From positions 21,329-85,328 of the forward strand of contig CAYLZE010000011.1 in NCBI GenBank assembly GCA_964388035.1: 64,000 nt of DNA. Reading direction: 5' to 3'. Each line of letters starts with the position of its first letter. The first letter of the stretch is position 1. Positions 20,401 to 29,101 of the stretch are shown piece after piece. The stretch comes from an uncultured archaeon. Lineage in GTDB: Archaea; Asgardarchaeota; Lokiarchaeia; Sigyniarchaeales; SOKP01. The notes under the pieces were generated by a model. The model was not told the DNA's origin and did no database searches. It saw nothing but the letters and a program-made list of their open reading frames with translations. The position numbers and the translations under genes were made by a program.

Positions 20401-21231
20401 ATTAAAAGAGCAGGTGTAATCCTCTAAATAAAGATCATCCGTGTCGTTTTCATAAAAAAAGTAGTAAAGCCGTAGCTTAACTGTGCATGTCGTATTCAAT
20501 TCAGAAAGAGAGAGATCAGATAGGATAATCGGTTCGACAATTTGTACCGTGGTTAAATCGCGATATTCCGAGCTATTCCATATCAAACTATCAGAATCAT
20601 TGAAAAGACAAGCTTGCATGAAAACATCATTATATAAAGGATTTGACTCATAATCAAGAGTCCACGAAGCATTTAGGATTACAGTCTCGTCAATAAAATA
20701 TTCATCTTTATCAGTATTCAAGTAATGGACTTGCTGGCACGAAGACCCTCTTTTATTTATCGTGATCTCCTTAGTAAATTGCTCTAAATATATATTTTGG
20801 CTATCTTCGGGTACATATATATCAAAATAATAATAGTGAACTTTAATATATAAATGAGTGGTGTTTGAACTGAGGAATTCTGGTCCTATATTCAGAATAT
20901 TTAAGTAAAATTCTTCCGTGATTATTCTATGATCATCGTGAAATTCAGAGCTATTCCATAGAACGGCATTATCATTAAGAGCAGAAGCTCCAGAACTATT
21001 TACTATACAAATTTGAAAAAATCCATCTACTATTGGGGGTTGGGGGTCATATTCTAAATATCCAGAAAAATTTAGATATATCGTTTCATCAATATAGTAC
21101 TCATGCTTATCAGAATTGAGGTAATAGACATTATAATCAACAAAAGCTTTGACCGGGGGCAAAAAATAGATCCCTGTTAGGACAAATAAGAAAAGTACCA
21201 GAAATGTACTGATCATTTTTTTTGCCTGCAT
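17431..21231 (-). CDS. large cell-surface glycoprotein with eight tandem ~122-aa beta-rich repeats
   Basis: Signal peptide, repeats YLNTDK..Y..DE...LNASWTLNY...DAFIQICL.N...LIWNSSEY, C-terminal TM + basic tail, many NxS/T sequons. Confidence 0.88.
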   Translation of the reverse strand: MQAKKMISTFLVLFLFVLTGIYFLPPVKAFVDYNVYYLNSDKHEYYIDETIYLNFSGYLEYDPQPPIVDGFFQICIVNSSGASALNDNAVLWNSSEFHDDHRIITEEFYLNILNIGPEFLSSNTTHLYIKVHYYYFDIYVPEDSQNIYLEQFTKEITINKRGSSCQQVHYLNTDKDEYFIDETVILNASWTLDYESNPLYNDVFMQACLFNDSDSLIWNSSEYRDLTTVQIVEPIILSDLSLSELNTTCTVKLRLYYFFYENDTDDLYLEDYTCSFNVTKRGSSCINVHYLNTDKEAYFTDNVLHLNASWTLNYTAQSPPVDAFIQICLLNSTDYLIWNSSEYHDITTMQVNEEFILSTMDLYLSKNSTAFYFKFRLFYFFSEIDTADTFLEDYTYSFNITKRGLSCVQGIYLNIDKNDYLIDESIHLNASWTLNYTAQPPPVDAFIQICLLNSTGFLIWNSSEYHDITTMQINKEFILSTMDLFLSRMKNPFQFKLRLFYYFHERDTADLYLEEYSCSFNISIIASSYVKIHYMNIDKEEYYINEIVQVNASWIMNQIPSPPLVDAFLQICLFNESNALIWNSSEYRKTYPLELLFDLNLSELNPFLYAAKTGFYLKVRLFSSFGEELTEDLFLEEYTCSFDVLKIGLSCLTVYYLSTDKETYYMDDILYMNASWTLNYTAQPLPVDAFLQICLFNSSDALVWNSSEYHDITTELIFEELHLIDLNLPLPMPNNLYHFKLRFCYYFHESDRDDSYLETFTYYFNLSKKGSSCLSVHDLTLDNQDYFLNDTINLHASWTLNYTAQSPSVYAFIQICLLNSTGFLIWNSVEYHTPLYNEVNLEVNLSTLNIIMVNSTNLFFFKIHLYYYFHENDTDDLYMEDYTFPFNISIVLESCMDVNHFKINKENFQYGEKIILNASWIIYNSYDLNPSVQIWLIDDDFNVIWKSIKYNDLGTMEENIIIPTSALTNCTIYNTRELEVIIIFLYLNKSKQECYILKNSLLINVHKGKISYELNAFQDVMEYGEDQKISIHLFNFFDTSVDIKNGTLELLIKENNELLSKKSFFLEGGQFSFKLSYKDLSIGTNSFWFNLTNVFNHENYCFKKNITMNKMDVILKVVNVTLKEKQLLGLVSFLYVRNGIQNPLQYENITIYLYNQTILLMRKSYITNNLGNVEFNMSLESPIKQNKTLILKFQNKGNSTLASEDNIVKIPVSAQFSNQDAYRNSTFLSIGLFISVIGMMSIVIITILKKNVKEGAISLKEHHFKY
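18210..21135 (-). repeat. intragenic tandem repeat array, 366-bp period
   Basis: The conserved Trp codon anchor recurs at 18396, 18753, 19119, 19485, 19851, 20217, 20577 and 20955, with exact 366-bp spacing for the five central units. Array boundaries are approximate. Confidence 0.9.
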
Positions 21232-21565
21232 TCTATTCTAAGTTTAAATAAAAATATAAATATCCAACTATTCTTCAAATAGATTCCACCACTTGCGGGA
21301 GTCATGTATTGATCAATAAGAATTCGTGAAAGAGAGCATGAGAAAATTACAAATTATCGCTATTTTTCATGTCTTTTTAGTATCATGGCATTTCATCAAG
21401 AAAACAGGTTGAATCCTTTCTAATAAGAGCAAAGATTCCTCGTTTCCATGGAAATTATAAAAAATTTTATTTGTCTTATTTTATTTTAATTATAAATAAT
21501 CTATGAATGCATATTGAAATCATTGGAAATGAATGATTTTTAAAATAGCATCAAAATTATTGATT

Positions 21566-21671
21566 GGGCCTGTAATCTAGTCTGGATAGGGTACCCGGCT
21601 TCGGACTAGAATGCCGGAGATCCGACATTTTACGAAATGGGTTGTCGCAGGTTCGAATCCTGCCAGGCCCG
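21566..21671 (+). tRNA. tRNA-Arg(TCG) with ~31-nt intron, best placed at 39/40
   Basis: Acceptor GGGCCTG/CAGGCCC-G73, A20 identity base, loop CTTCGGA, T arm GCAGG-TTCGAAT-CCTGC. Removing 21607-21637 gives stem CCCGG/CTGGG. Confidence 0.8.
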
Positions 21672-21832
21672 CTATTCTTTTCTTTAATTCTCTTAATTGG
21701 GCGTTAAATTCTTACTATTTATATATGATTAGGGCAATTCATTCTTGGATTTATAAAGTAGAAAACTTAAATTCATAAAATAAAAATCAGGCAGAAAAAA
21801 AGGAAAAATATGGGTGTCAATAAGAGCTTTTT

Positions 21833-22021
21833 TCAATCATGATTTAAAATGTACATGCATTCGACAAGGCTGAATTCTTCGATCTTGACTTGATCGAACG
21901 AGATCTTATTTTCACATGACCTGTTAGCCATGGGCATTTTAATAACTAATTTTTCTTGTTCTAACCAGAGATTATTATAAAAAAATCCATCTTTTTTATT
22001 AAAAGCGATGAATTGAGCCAT
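21833..22021 (-). CDS. small hypothetical protein
   Basis: 62-aa ATG ORF in an otherwise empty gap; no motif. Confidence 0.35.
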   Translation of the reverse strand: MAQFIAFNKKDGFFYNNLWLEQEKLVIKMPMANRSCENKISFDQVKIEEFSLVECMYILNHD

Positions 22022-22122
22022 TATATCTATTTCTAAATAATACCATTCACAATAATTCGATTATATTAAATTTATTAATTAGTTGCTCTTTTAATGATTA
22101 AACTCAATTAGAGGAATTTGAA

Positions 22123-22596
22123 ATGAAGGATTTAAGACAAGAAATAAGAAAAATATTGAAAAAGCAGATGTGGTTGGTATTAAGCACGGTTGATGATACA
22201 AATCAGCCTCATAGCTCAGTGGTCGTGTATCAAAGTGACGGAAATAAAATTTATATACAAACGGGCGAGACTACAATAAAAGCAAGAAATATTAAGAATA
22301 ACACTAAGGTATCGATAACCATTCCGTTTAGAAAAAACTTCTTGCACAAAATCATTCCTGCTCCTCCCGCAGAATTACATTTCACGGCAAAAGCTGAAAT
22401 TATATCAAAAGAAGATAAGGAAGCGCGTGAGGTTTTAAAGAAATTCATAAAACAAGCGGAATCAGTTGGGGGAAGTGATGAGACAATTTGGATTAGAATT
22501 ACACCCTCAGGGATTATTTCTACTTATGGCGTTGGAATTCCTTTATTGACAATGATGAATCCTTTAAAAGCAAGAAACATCGTTCATTTAAATTAA
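22123..22596 (+). CDS. pyridoxamine 5'-phosphate oxidase-like (FMN/F420-binding split barrel) protein
   Basis: LVLSTVDDTNQPHSSVV, TIKARNIKNNTKVSI. Confidence 0.85.
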   Translation: MKDLRQEIRKILKKQMWLVLSTVDDTNQPHSSVVVYQSDGNKIYIQTGETTIKARNIKNNTKVSITIPFRKNFLHKIIPAPPAELHFTAKAEIISKEDKEAREVLKKFIKQAESVGGSDETIWIRITPSGIISTYGVGIPLLTMMNPLKARNIVHLN

Positions 22597-22668
22597 AAAA
22601 ACTTCTGTGAATTTAATTTAATTTTTAATAGATTACAAATTAAATATTTCATGTTGAGCTACAATATA

Positions 22669-23715
22669 TTATACCTTATCTATAACGATCATTTTATCTA
22701 AAACTTGATCTTGTAAGAGAACGCGAAAATAGGGGGGATCATTTTTATAATTAACTTTTTCTAATTTTCCTTTAATTAATACTTGCTCGCCATCTTGAGC
22801 ATGTTCGCAGAACCTGCCACGATATGAAGCTACTTCCCGAATCTCATTTAAATCAATCGCCTTCATCTTGCACTCTATTATTTGAATTTTTAGTGGTTTT
22901 ATAATATAAGTGCAAGGAGTGAATAAGGAATCTTGGGAATCGATGATTTTAGCTTTTAGTTTGATCCTTCCAAGATTTTCATATTTATAATCATAGTATG
23001 AACCCTTCCAGTCCTTGGGACTTTTTAAATAGCGGATGAAGAATTCAAACCCTTTATACATTCCTTGATGTAATTTTCTTTTTTCACAAAATAGAAATTT
23101 GTCAAAAGGAATATCAGAGCCTCCCACTCTCCATTCATAGTGCGTTTGATACTCAGATAAGGTATATTCCCTGCAGAAATTGTTTTTCCTGAGAATTGAG
23201 GCGAGTTCATCCTGAAAATTCTTGCTAATCTCCGTGCCATAAATGATCAAATCAATATCAGAATGCTCTAGATTCAATCCCACCATGGGTGACCCCGAGA
23301 TTCCAATAGTCGTTTCGGGTAAATTTCCCTCGGAAATAAGCAACTTACAGAGCTCAAGGGAACTTTGTTCTAAACGAGAGAGAGAGGATTGCTTGGTTAA
23401 GACGCGATAATAGTCGCGAGGGGTATAAATCTTCTGAATATCCTCATTCTGTACTCCTTGAAGCTCTAAATCCCATTGTTCGGAATAAAATAAATACTTG
23501 GGATAATTTTTCCTTAGGAATTCATACCTTTCTGCAATATTATAAATTTTTTTATATTTTATTCCATTTTTAATTCGATCTCCCGTCGGATCCGGGTAAA
23601 AACGAATAAAACATATTTTCCGATCTAACGGATGGTGGATGCCTTTAACATCAAAAAACAAATGATCTTGCTTAGTTTCAAGATAATCACCTTCAATAGC
23701 TTCGAAATCAGTCAT
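22669..23715 (-). CDS. COG1665-type archaeal nucleotidyltransferase
   Basis: EGDYLET...FDVKG..HP, GISGS.MVGL...SDIDLIIYG pol-beta motif, C-terminal OB-like GKLE; likely start ATG 23715. Confidence 0.8.
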   Translation of the reverse strand: MTDFEAIEGDYLETKQDHLFFDVKGIHHPLDRKICFIRFYPDPTGDRIKNGIKYKKIYNIAERYEFLRKNYPKYLFYSEQWDLELQGVQNEDIQKIYTPRDYYRVLTKQSSLSRLEQSSLELCKLLISEGNLPETTIGISGSPMVGLNLEHSDIDLIIYGTEISKNFQDELASILRKNNFCREYTLSEYQTHYEWRVGGSDIPFDKFLFCEKRKLHQGMYKGFEFFIRYLKSPKDWKGSYYDYKYENLGRIKLKAKIIDSQDSLFTPCTYIIKPLKIQIIECKMKAIDLNEIREVASYRGRFCEHAQDGEQVLIKGKLEKVNYKNDPPYFRVLLQDQVLDKMIVIDKV

Positions 23716-23799
23716 GGTTTGACTCCAATTAATTGATAGATGAATAATAAAGAGAAGTATGTTTTCCAATAAGTTTTAGTTAAAAAATATTGGTAATAA

Positions 23800-24744
23800 T
23801 TATTCCTCCAGAATAGCTTTTTTCAATTCCCCTATGGTGGTTTTCATTTCAGCATAAACATTGTAGGGGTGAATGCTCTCATAGCTTTCTATCTTAAATG
23901 TCACCTTAAAATTATCTTGAAGATCGGGGAAATCTCGGGCCAGAAAATTTTTTGCCATTTCTCTTACCACGTCTTCAGAAAATAAGGGCTTTAAGTGCGC
24001 GCTTCGGATCAATTCCGCTTCCTCAGGGCGTTTTAATATGGATTGAATTCTTCCACTCATTGATTCTTCGATAACATCAATAATATCCAAAACATCAATT
24101 AAATGGTTGTTTAATTGATTGATCTGTAAAATAATAGTACCTTTTGATCGCTGGTTATGTGAGGCGTAGGGTAAGATATTAATCAATTTAACCAAGTCTT
24201 CTTCAGAGACATTGATGTCATTCCTGGCTTCGATGATTTCCCTGGCGTACTCTTGACTCATCTCTTTTGCACAAGGACATACTGTCATGCCAACAGCATT
24301 GGCGCCAATAAAGAATTTGTATTTAATATTATCTTTATCGTCTTTTTTAGCTATGACGCAAGAGCTAATTTCATAAGATTTCTGGATGGTTCTATGCTCA
24401 TTTTCTCTCATTTGAATTACTATTTTCCCTTCTAATTTCACTTCTGCTTTTGAGGTATAGGGGTGTCTTTCCATCAATTTTTCTATGATTCGATAAGCGA
24501 CGACTTCAATGGAAGGTGCAGGCTTTAAAATGACCTCATTAATGATTTCTTCAATTGTTTCAGAAGTTCTTGACATGTGGATTCCCCTTTGTTGAGCAGG
24601 TAAGCTAATTAATGCAGAAATTTTGGGATAAAAGGAATATTTTTTATTCTTAACTGTTTCAATTTCTACTTTCTTCTCTAATCCTATGATTCCTACTTTA
24701 CCGATTTCTAAATTAACCTGAGGAGCGTTATCTTGTAAATCCAT
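23800..24744 (-). CDS. mptA: GTP cyclohydrolase MptA (FolE2 family)
   Basis: DLQD, RGIHMSR, GMTVCPCA, SHNQRS, LKRPEE, ESIHP. Confidence 0.92.
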   Translation of the reverse strand: MDLQDNAPQVNLEIGKVGIIGLEKKVEIETVKNKKYSFYPKISALISLPAQQRGIHMSRTSETIEEIINEVILKPAPSIEVVAYRIIEKLMERHPYTSKAEVKLEGKIVIQMRENEHRTIQKSYEISSCVIAKKDDKDNIKYKFFIGANAVGMTVCPCAKEMSQEYAREIIEARNDINVSEEDLVKLINILPYASHNQRSKGTIILQINQLNNHLIDVLDIIDVIEESMSGRIQSILKRPEEAELIRSAHLKPLFSEDVVREMAKNFLARDFPDLQDNFKVTFKIESYESIHPYNVYAEMKTTIGELKKAILEE

Positions 24745-24892
24745 TTTATATTTATGAATGAAGCATCACCACGCAATAATTAAAGATCAACATATTTATA
24801 TTATCTCTAGTTTTAAAAAGATAGAATCAATTTTAATATTTAATATTTTAAAGATTAATAATTCGGTTTTTCCAATAATTACGAAAAAATAC

Positions 24893-26062
24893 ATGAAAAA
24901 AAGAACTCTTTCATTTCCGTATGGCTTAATTGGAAGCGAAATGGAGCTTCAAAAAGATGTTATTATAAACATTGATGAAGAGGGGAAAATTAATTCCATT
25001 ACCGGTGATTCTGATGTAAAAGCTCTCGATCTTATGGAAAAAAAGGAGAATCTATTGGTGATTCCCGGACTAATAAACGCACACGCGCATGTGGGGGATA
25101 GTTTTGCCAAGGAGGTGGGATTTAATCAGGAGCTAAAACAGGTAGTTGCTCCACCCAATGGATTGAAGCATCATTTATTACGTAATATTCCCGAGGAAAT
25201 CAAATCTAATGGGATTAAAAAGGCAATAGCAGAGATGTTTTGCAATGGTATTACTTGTTTTGCCGACTTCAGAGAAGAAGGAAGGGCAGGGATTTTGATG
25301 ATAAAACATATTTTAAATGAGGAATCCATTAAATGCATGATTCTGGGTCGTTTTGAAAATACTGATGAAATGGGTTCGGTTTTTGAATTAGCAGATGGAT
25401 TAGGATTAGCAAGTTATAATAAAATTAAAAAGGAGTTCGTGGCTATTTTAAAAAGCCTTAAAAGAAAATATGGAAAAATTATAGCTTGTCATTGTGCTGA
25501 AGTAGAGCGAAAAGAAGAATTGATTGAGAGAGTATTTAATGAAGATTTAATTGATATCATTGTTCATGGAACTCACTTTAATGAAAGGGATTTATTGAGG
25601 ATTAAAGAAAAGCAATTATTTTTGGTTTTATGTCCTCGATCTAATGGATATTTTGGAGTGGGCTTTCCCCCAATCAATGAAATATTAAAATTGAACATTC
25701 CGGTTAGTATTGGGACTGATAATGTAATGACTAATAATTTAAATCTTTTTGAAGAATTACGATATCTTTATAGAATCCAGAGAGTATTAAACCATGGCAA
25801 TGAAAGGGTAGTGATGGGGGGCTTAGACATGTTAAAAATGATTACGATTAATGCTGCCCAAGCATTAAGAATGCAACATGAAATTGGTTCGATTTCAGAA
25901 GGAAAGGATGGGGATTTTAACCTACTTGATCTCAATCATCCAAATTACTTTACTTCAGATTTAAATAAGAGCAATATTCATGCCATAATTGTTCAAAGGA
26001 CTAATCCTGAAAATATTAGAAAAGTGTATATAAAAGGGAAGATTGTATATGAAAAATGTTGA
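24893..26062 (+). CDS. metal-dependent amidohydrolase (deaminase-like)
   Basis: PGLINAHAHVGDS, HCAE, IVHGTH, LCPRSN, GTDN; likely start ATG 24893. Confidence 0.88.
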   Translation: MKKRTLSFPYGLIGSEMELQKDVIINIDEEGKINSITGDSDVKALDLMEKKENLLVIPGLINAHAHVGDSFAKEVGFNQELKQVVAPPNGLKHHLLRNIPEEIKSNGIKKAIAEMFCNGITCFADFREEGRAGILMIKHILNEESIKCMILGRFENTDEMGSVFELADGLGLASYNKIKKEFVAILKSLKRKYGKIIACHCAEVERKEELIERVFNEDLIDIIVHGTHFNERDLLRIKEKQLFLVLCPRSNGYFGVGFPPINEILKLNIPVSIGTDNVMTNNLNLFEELRYLYRIQRVLNHGNERVVMGGLDMLKMITINAAQALRMQHEIGSISEGKDGDFNLLDLNHPNYFTSDLNKSNIHAIIVQRTNPENIRKVYIKGKIVYEKC

Positions 26063-26711
26063 AAAACCTTATATAATATTAAGTTCCGCCATGACAATTG
26101 ATGGAAAAATTGCATCAAAAATGGGCGATCCTGAATTATCAGATGAGAACGATTGGAGAGAAGTACACGAATTAAGAACGCAAGTGGATGGAATTATGGT
26201 GGGAAAAGGCACGATCCTTAAGGATGATCCTAAACTTCATATTAAATATTATGACCATGAAGGGTATTATCGTATTGTTGTTGATAGCCATCTCTCGATT
26301 CCAATCACATCAAAAGTGATTGAATATGAGCCTAAAGTGTACCCTACTATTATCTGCACGACTGAAAATGCCGATTCTCATCGAATAGAGCTTTTTAACG
26401 CAAAAGGTGTAAAAATTTTAAAAGCGGGAAAAGAGGAAAAAGTAGATTTGAAATTAGCGTTAACCTTACTTCATGATCTGGGCTTGAATAAGATCCTTCT
26501 AGAAGGAGGAGGGACTTTAAACTGGAGCTTTTTTGAAATGGATTTAATTAATGAAATTAGATTAACAATCGCCCCTTGGGTAGTTGGAGGAAGGGATGCA
26601 ATTAGTTTGGTAGAGGGGAATGGGTTTGATAAAATGATAGAATGTCCAAAATATACCTTAAAAAATGTAAAAGAGAGAGATAATTATGTGATCCTACATT
26701 ATTATAGATGA
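26049..26711 (+). CDS. arfC: 2,5-diamino-6-ribosylamino-4(3H)-pyrimidinone 5'-phosphate reductase (RibD-C/ArfC)
   Basis: AMTIDGKIA, VHELR..VDGIMVG.GT...DDPKL, LEGGGTLNWS. Confidence 0.9.
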   Translation: MKNVEKPYIILSSAMTIDGKIASKMGDPELSDENDWREVHELRTQVDGIMVGKGTILKDDPKLHIKYYDHEGYYRIVVDSHLSIPITSKVIEYEPKVYPTIICTTENADSHRIELFNAKGVKILKAGKEEKVDLKLALTLLHDLGLNKILLEGGGTLNWSFFEMDLINEIRLTIAPWVVGGRDAISLVEGNGFDKMIECPKYTLKNVKERDNYVILHYYR

Positions 26712-26715
26712 AGAT

Positions 26716-27816
26716 ATGACCGAAGAAAATCAGATAAAAAAATTTAAGGACGTATCTCTTAATCGATTAAAAGAACGCGTAAAAGAAATTAGGCAAGAAT
26801 TGGTTAAAGAGAAAAGGCATATCATCACCTATTCTCGCAACTTCACCTTATCTCTCACTAATTACTGTCAAAATCAATGTGGATATTGTTTTTATAATTT
26901 TAGGATTCCAAAATTATCTGGAGAAGGCAATGTGATCCTCTTAGAAAATGACGTCATGAGAGAGATTATCCGGAATGGAATCAAGCATGATTGTAAAGAA
27001 GCGTTACTGATGTCTGGAGAGCGTCCCGATACTTTCGAGGAGGTAAAAAAGGAATTAGAGGCCCGAAGTTGCCATGGCTTTATCGAATTTGTTAAGGATA
27101 TATGTACTTATGTATTAGATTTTAATATCTTACCTCATACGAATATAGGGATTCTTTCTTATCAAGAATTGAAAGAATTAAAACCATTCAATGCTAGTAT
27201 GGGCTTAATGTTAGAGAGCACGAATTTAGAACTCTTTAAAAAAGGAGGAGTGCATGAATTTTCTCCCACGAAGCGCCCTGCAATCAGGATAAAACATTTG
27301 GAAGATGCGGGAAAATTAAAAATTCCCTTTACAACGGGATTATTATTAGGGATTGGAGAAAGTTTAGAAGATAGAGTGAAGGATTTATTATTGATTAGAA
27401 AGATTCATGAACAATTCGGCCATATTCAAGAAATTATCCTTCAAAATTTCGAATACAAAGAGGGGATTCCCTATGTTCCACAAAAACAAATTACTATTGA
27501 GGAAATGCTAAAAACAGTAGGGATTGCGAAGATCCTTTTTCATAATGAAGTAGCCATCCAAGTGCCCCCCAATTTGATTACAGGGCATGAAAAAGCATTT
27601 CTAGAAATGGGTGTGAACGATTTCGGTGGTATATCCCCTTTTACTCCCGATTATATCAATCCTGAAGCTCCATGGCCGAATCTTCTAGATATAAAAAAAA
27701 CTTGCGAAAGATATGGGTATGTATTAAAGGAACGTTTAGCAATTTATGATAAATTCATATCGAAAAAGGAATTTTGTCCAGAAACTATTAAAAAAAGAAT
27801 AGATAATATTACATAG
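26716..27816 (+). CDS. cofG: FO synthase subunit CofG (radical SAM)
   Basis: ITYSRN...LTNYCQNQCGYC, LPHTN, SMGLMLES, IPFTTGLL, IQVPPNL, DFGGISP, INPEAPWP. Confidence 0.95.
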   Translation: MTEENQIKKFKDVSLNRLKERVKEIRQELVKEKRHIITYSRNFTLSLTNYCQNQCGYCFYNFRIPKLSGEGNVILLENDVMREIIRNGIKHDCKEALLMSGERPDTFEEVKKELEARSCHGFIEFVKDICTYVLDFNILPHTNIGILSYQELKELKPFNASMGLMLESTNLELFKKGGVHEFSPTKRPAIRIKHLEDAGKLKIPFTTGLLLGIGESLEDRVKDLLLIRKIHEQFGHIQEIILQNFEYKEGIPYVPQKQITIEEMLKTVGIAKILFHNEVAIQVPPNLITGHEKAFLEMGVNDFGGISPFTPDYINPEAPWPNLLDIKKTCERYGYVLKERLAIYDKFISKKEFCPETIKKRIDNIT

Positions 27817-28947
27817 ATGTTGATACCTCAAATCTTTGATCAAATGGATCAAGAAATAACGAACATTCTCCAAAAAGCCCTCAATTCTGATGAAATCACC
27901 TCCCCAGAAGCACTAAAATTGCTCAAAGTCACTGGTAAGGAATTTATTGCTCTACAATATGTTGCCGATCAACTCTGTAGGGTTAAGAAAAATGATGTTG
28001 TTACGTTTATAATAAATCGTAACATAAATTTTTCCAATATCTGCCATCAAGGATGCAAATTTTGTTCATTTAGCGTACCTAAAGGTTCAAAAGAAGGATT
28101 TCTCTTAACAATTGAAGAGATTAAAAAAAAAGTTTTAGAAGCCAAGCAAAATGAATGTACAGAAGTTTGTATTCAAGGAGGAATAAATCCCGATCTATCA
28201 TTTGATTATTATATCGACATCTTAAAAGCAGTGAAAGCAATTGCTCCTCATATTCACATTCATGCTTTCTCTCCGCAAGAAATATTTTATGCATCAAAAT
28301 TAAGCGGGGAATCCGTAGAAACTACTTTAAGAGAATTTAAAAAGGCGGGCTTAGATTCGATCCCAGGAACTGCTGCTGAGATTTTAGTTGATAAAGTCCG
28401 CAAAATAATATGCCCCAATAAAATCAATACGTCTCACTGGATTGAAATAATAACAATGGCTCATGAATTAGGAATTCCTACCACTTCAACTATGATGTAT
28501 GGGCATATCGAGGAATTAAAGGATCGGATCGAACATTTAGATGTTATAAGGAACATTCAAAAGAAAACAGGAGGATTTACTGAATTTGTATCTCTACCTT
28601 TCATTAAAGAAAAACCCATTTTATCTCGATTAAAGGAATATCCTTTAAAAACAAGTTATGGAATCGACCACTTAAAATTATTTGCAGTGGCTCGCATCTT
28701 CTTGAATAATTATATTGACAATATTCAATGCTCATGGGTGAAGTTAGGTATTAATTTTGCGCAAGTTTCCTTAAATTACGGGGTCAATGATTTTTCGGGG
28801 ACTTTAATGGAAGAAAATATATCAAGAAGTGCTGGAGCTACTCATGGTGAATATCTACCTCCTAATGAAATTGTTAGGATCATACGATCAGCAGGAAAGA
28901 TACCAGCTCAACGAGATACTTTATATAAAATCTTGAACCGATTTTGA
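27817..28947 (+). CDS. cofH: FO synthase subunit CofH (radical SAM)
   Basis: NRNINFSNICHQGCKFC, EVCIQGG, PGTAAEIL, NIQCSWVKLG, GTLMEENIS; abuts cofG. Confidence 0.93.
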   Translation: MLIPQIFDQMDQEITNILQKALNSDEITSPEALKLLKVTGKEFIALQYVADQLCRVKKNDVVTFIINRNINFSNICHQGCKFCSFSVPKGSKEGFLLTIEEIKKKVLEAKQNECTEVCIQGGINPDLSFDYYIDILKAVKAIAPHIHIHAFSPQEIFYASKLSGESVETTLREFKKAGLDSIPGTAAEILVDKVRKIICPNKINTSHWIEIITMAHELGIPTTSTMMYGHIEELKDRIEHLDVIRNIQKKTGGFTEFVSLPFIKEKPILSRLKEYPLKTSYGIDHLKLFAVARIFLNNYIDNIQCSWVKLGINFAQVSLNYGVNDFSGTLMEENISRSAGATHGEYLPPNEIVRIIRSAGKIPAQRDTLYKILNRF

Positions 28948-29101
28948 AATCGATTTGAAGCCATTTCTTGAGATATCTTAATTAAAGTTGGGAAAAGCAT
29001 GAAATTTTAAGGACTATAGAATTTAATGAGATTGATTTTTATTATTTCTAATACTTTTAACCTATATTACTAATTTATTTCGTATTAGCAGGTCAATTTT
29101 C

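Noticed and set aside
18210-21135. Repeats as a CRISPR array or DGR template/variable repeats
   Set aside because: The units are in-frame 366-bp coding repeats, with no spacers, no cas or reverse transcriptase gene, and no evident adenine-specific variation
21566-21671. Alternative reading as tRNA-Pro(CGG) or tRNA-Val(TAC)
   Set aside because: It needs a 6-nt intron or a non-7-nt loop; A20, G73 and CTTCGGA fit Arg(TCG)
16496-21671. tRNA-flanked integrated element
   Set aside because: No integrase, and I found no duplicated tRNA 3' end (att site)
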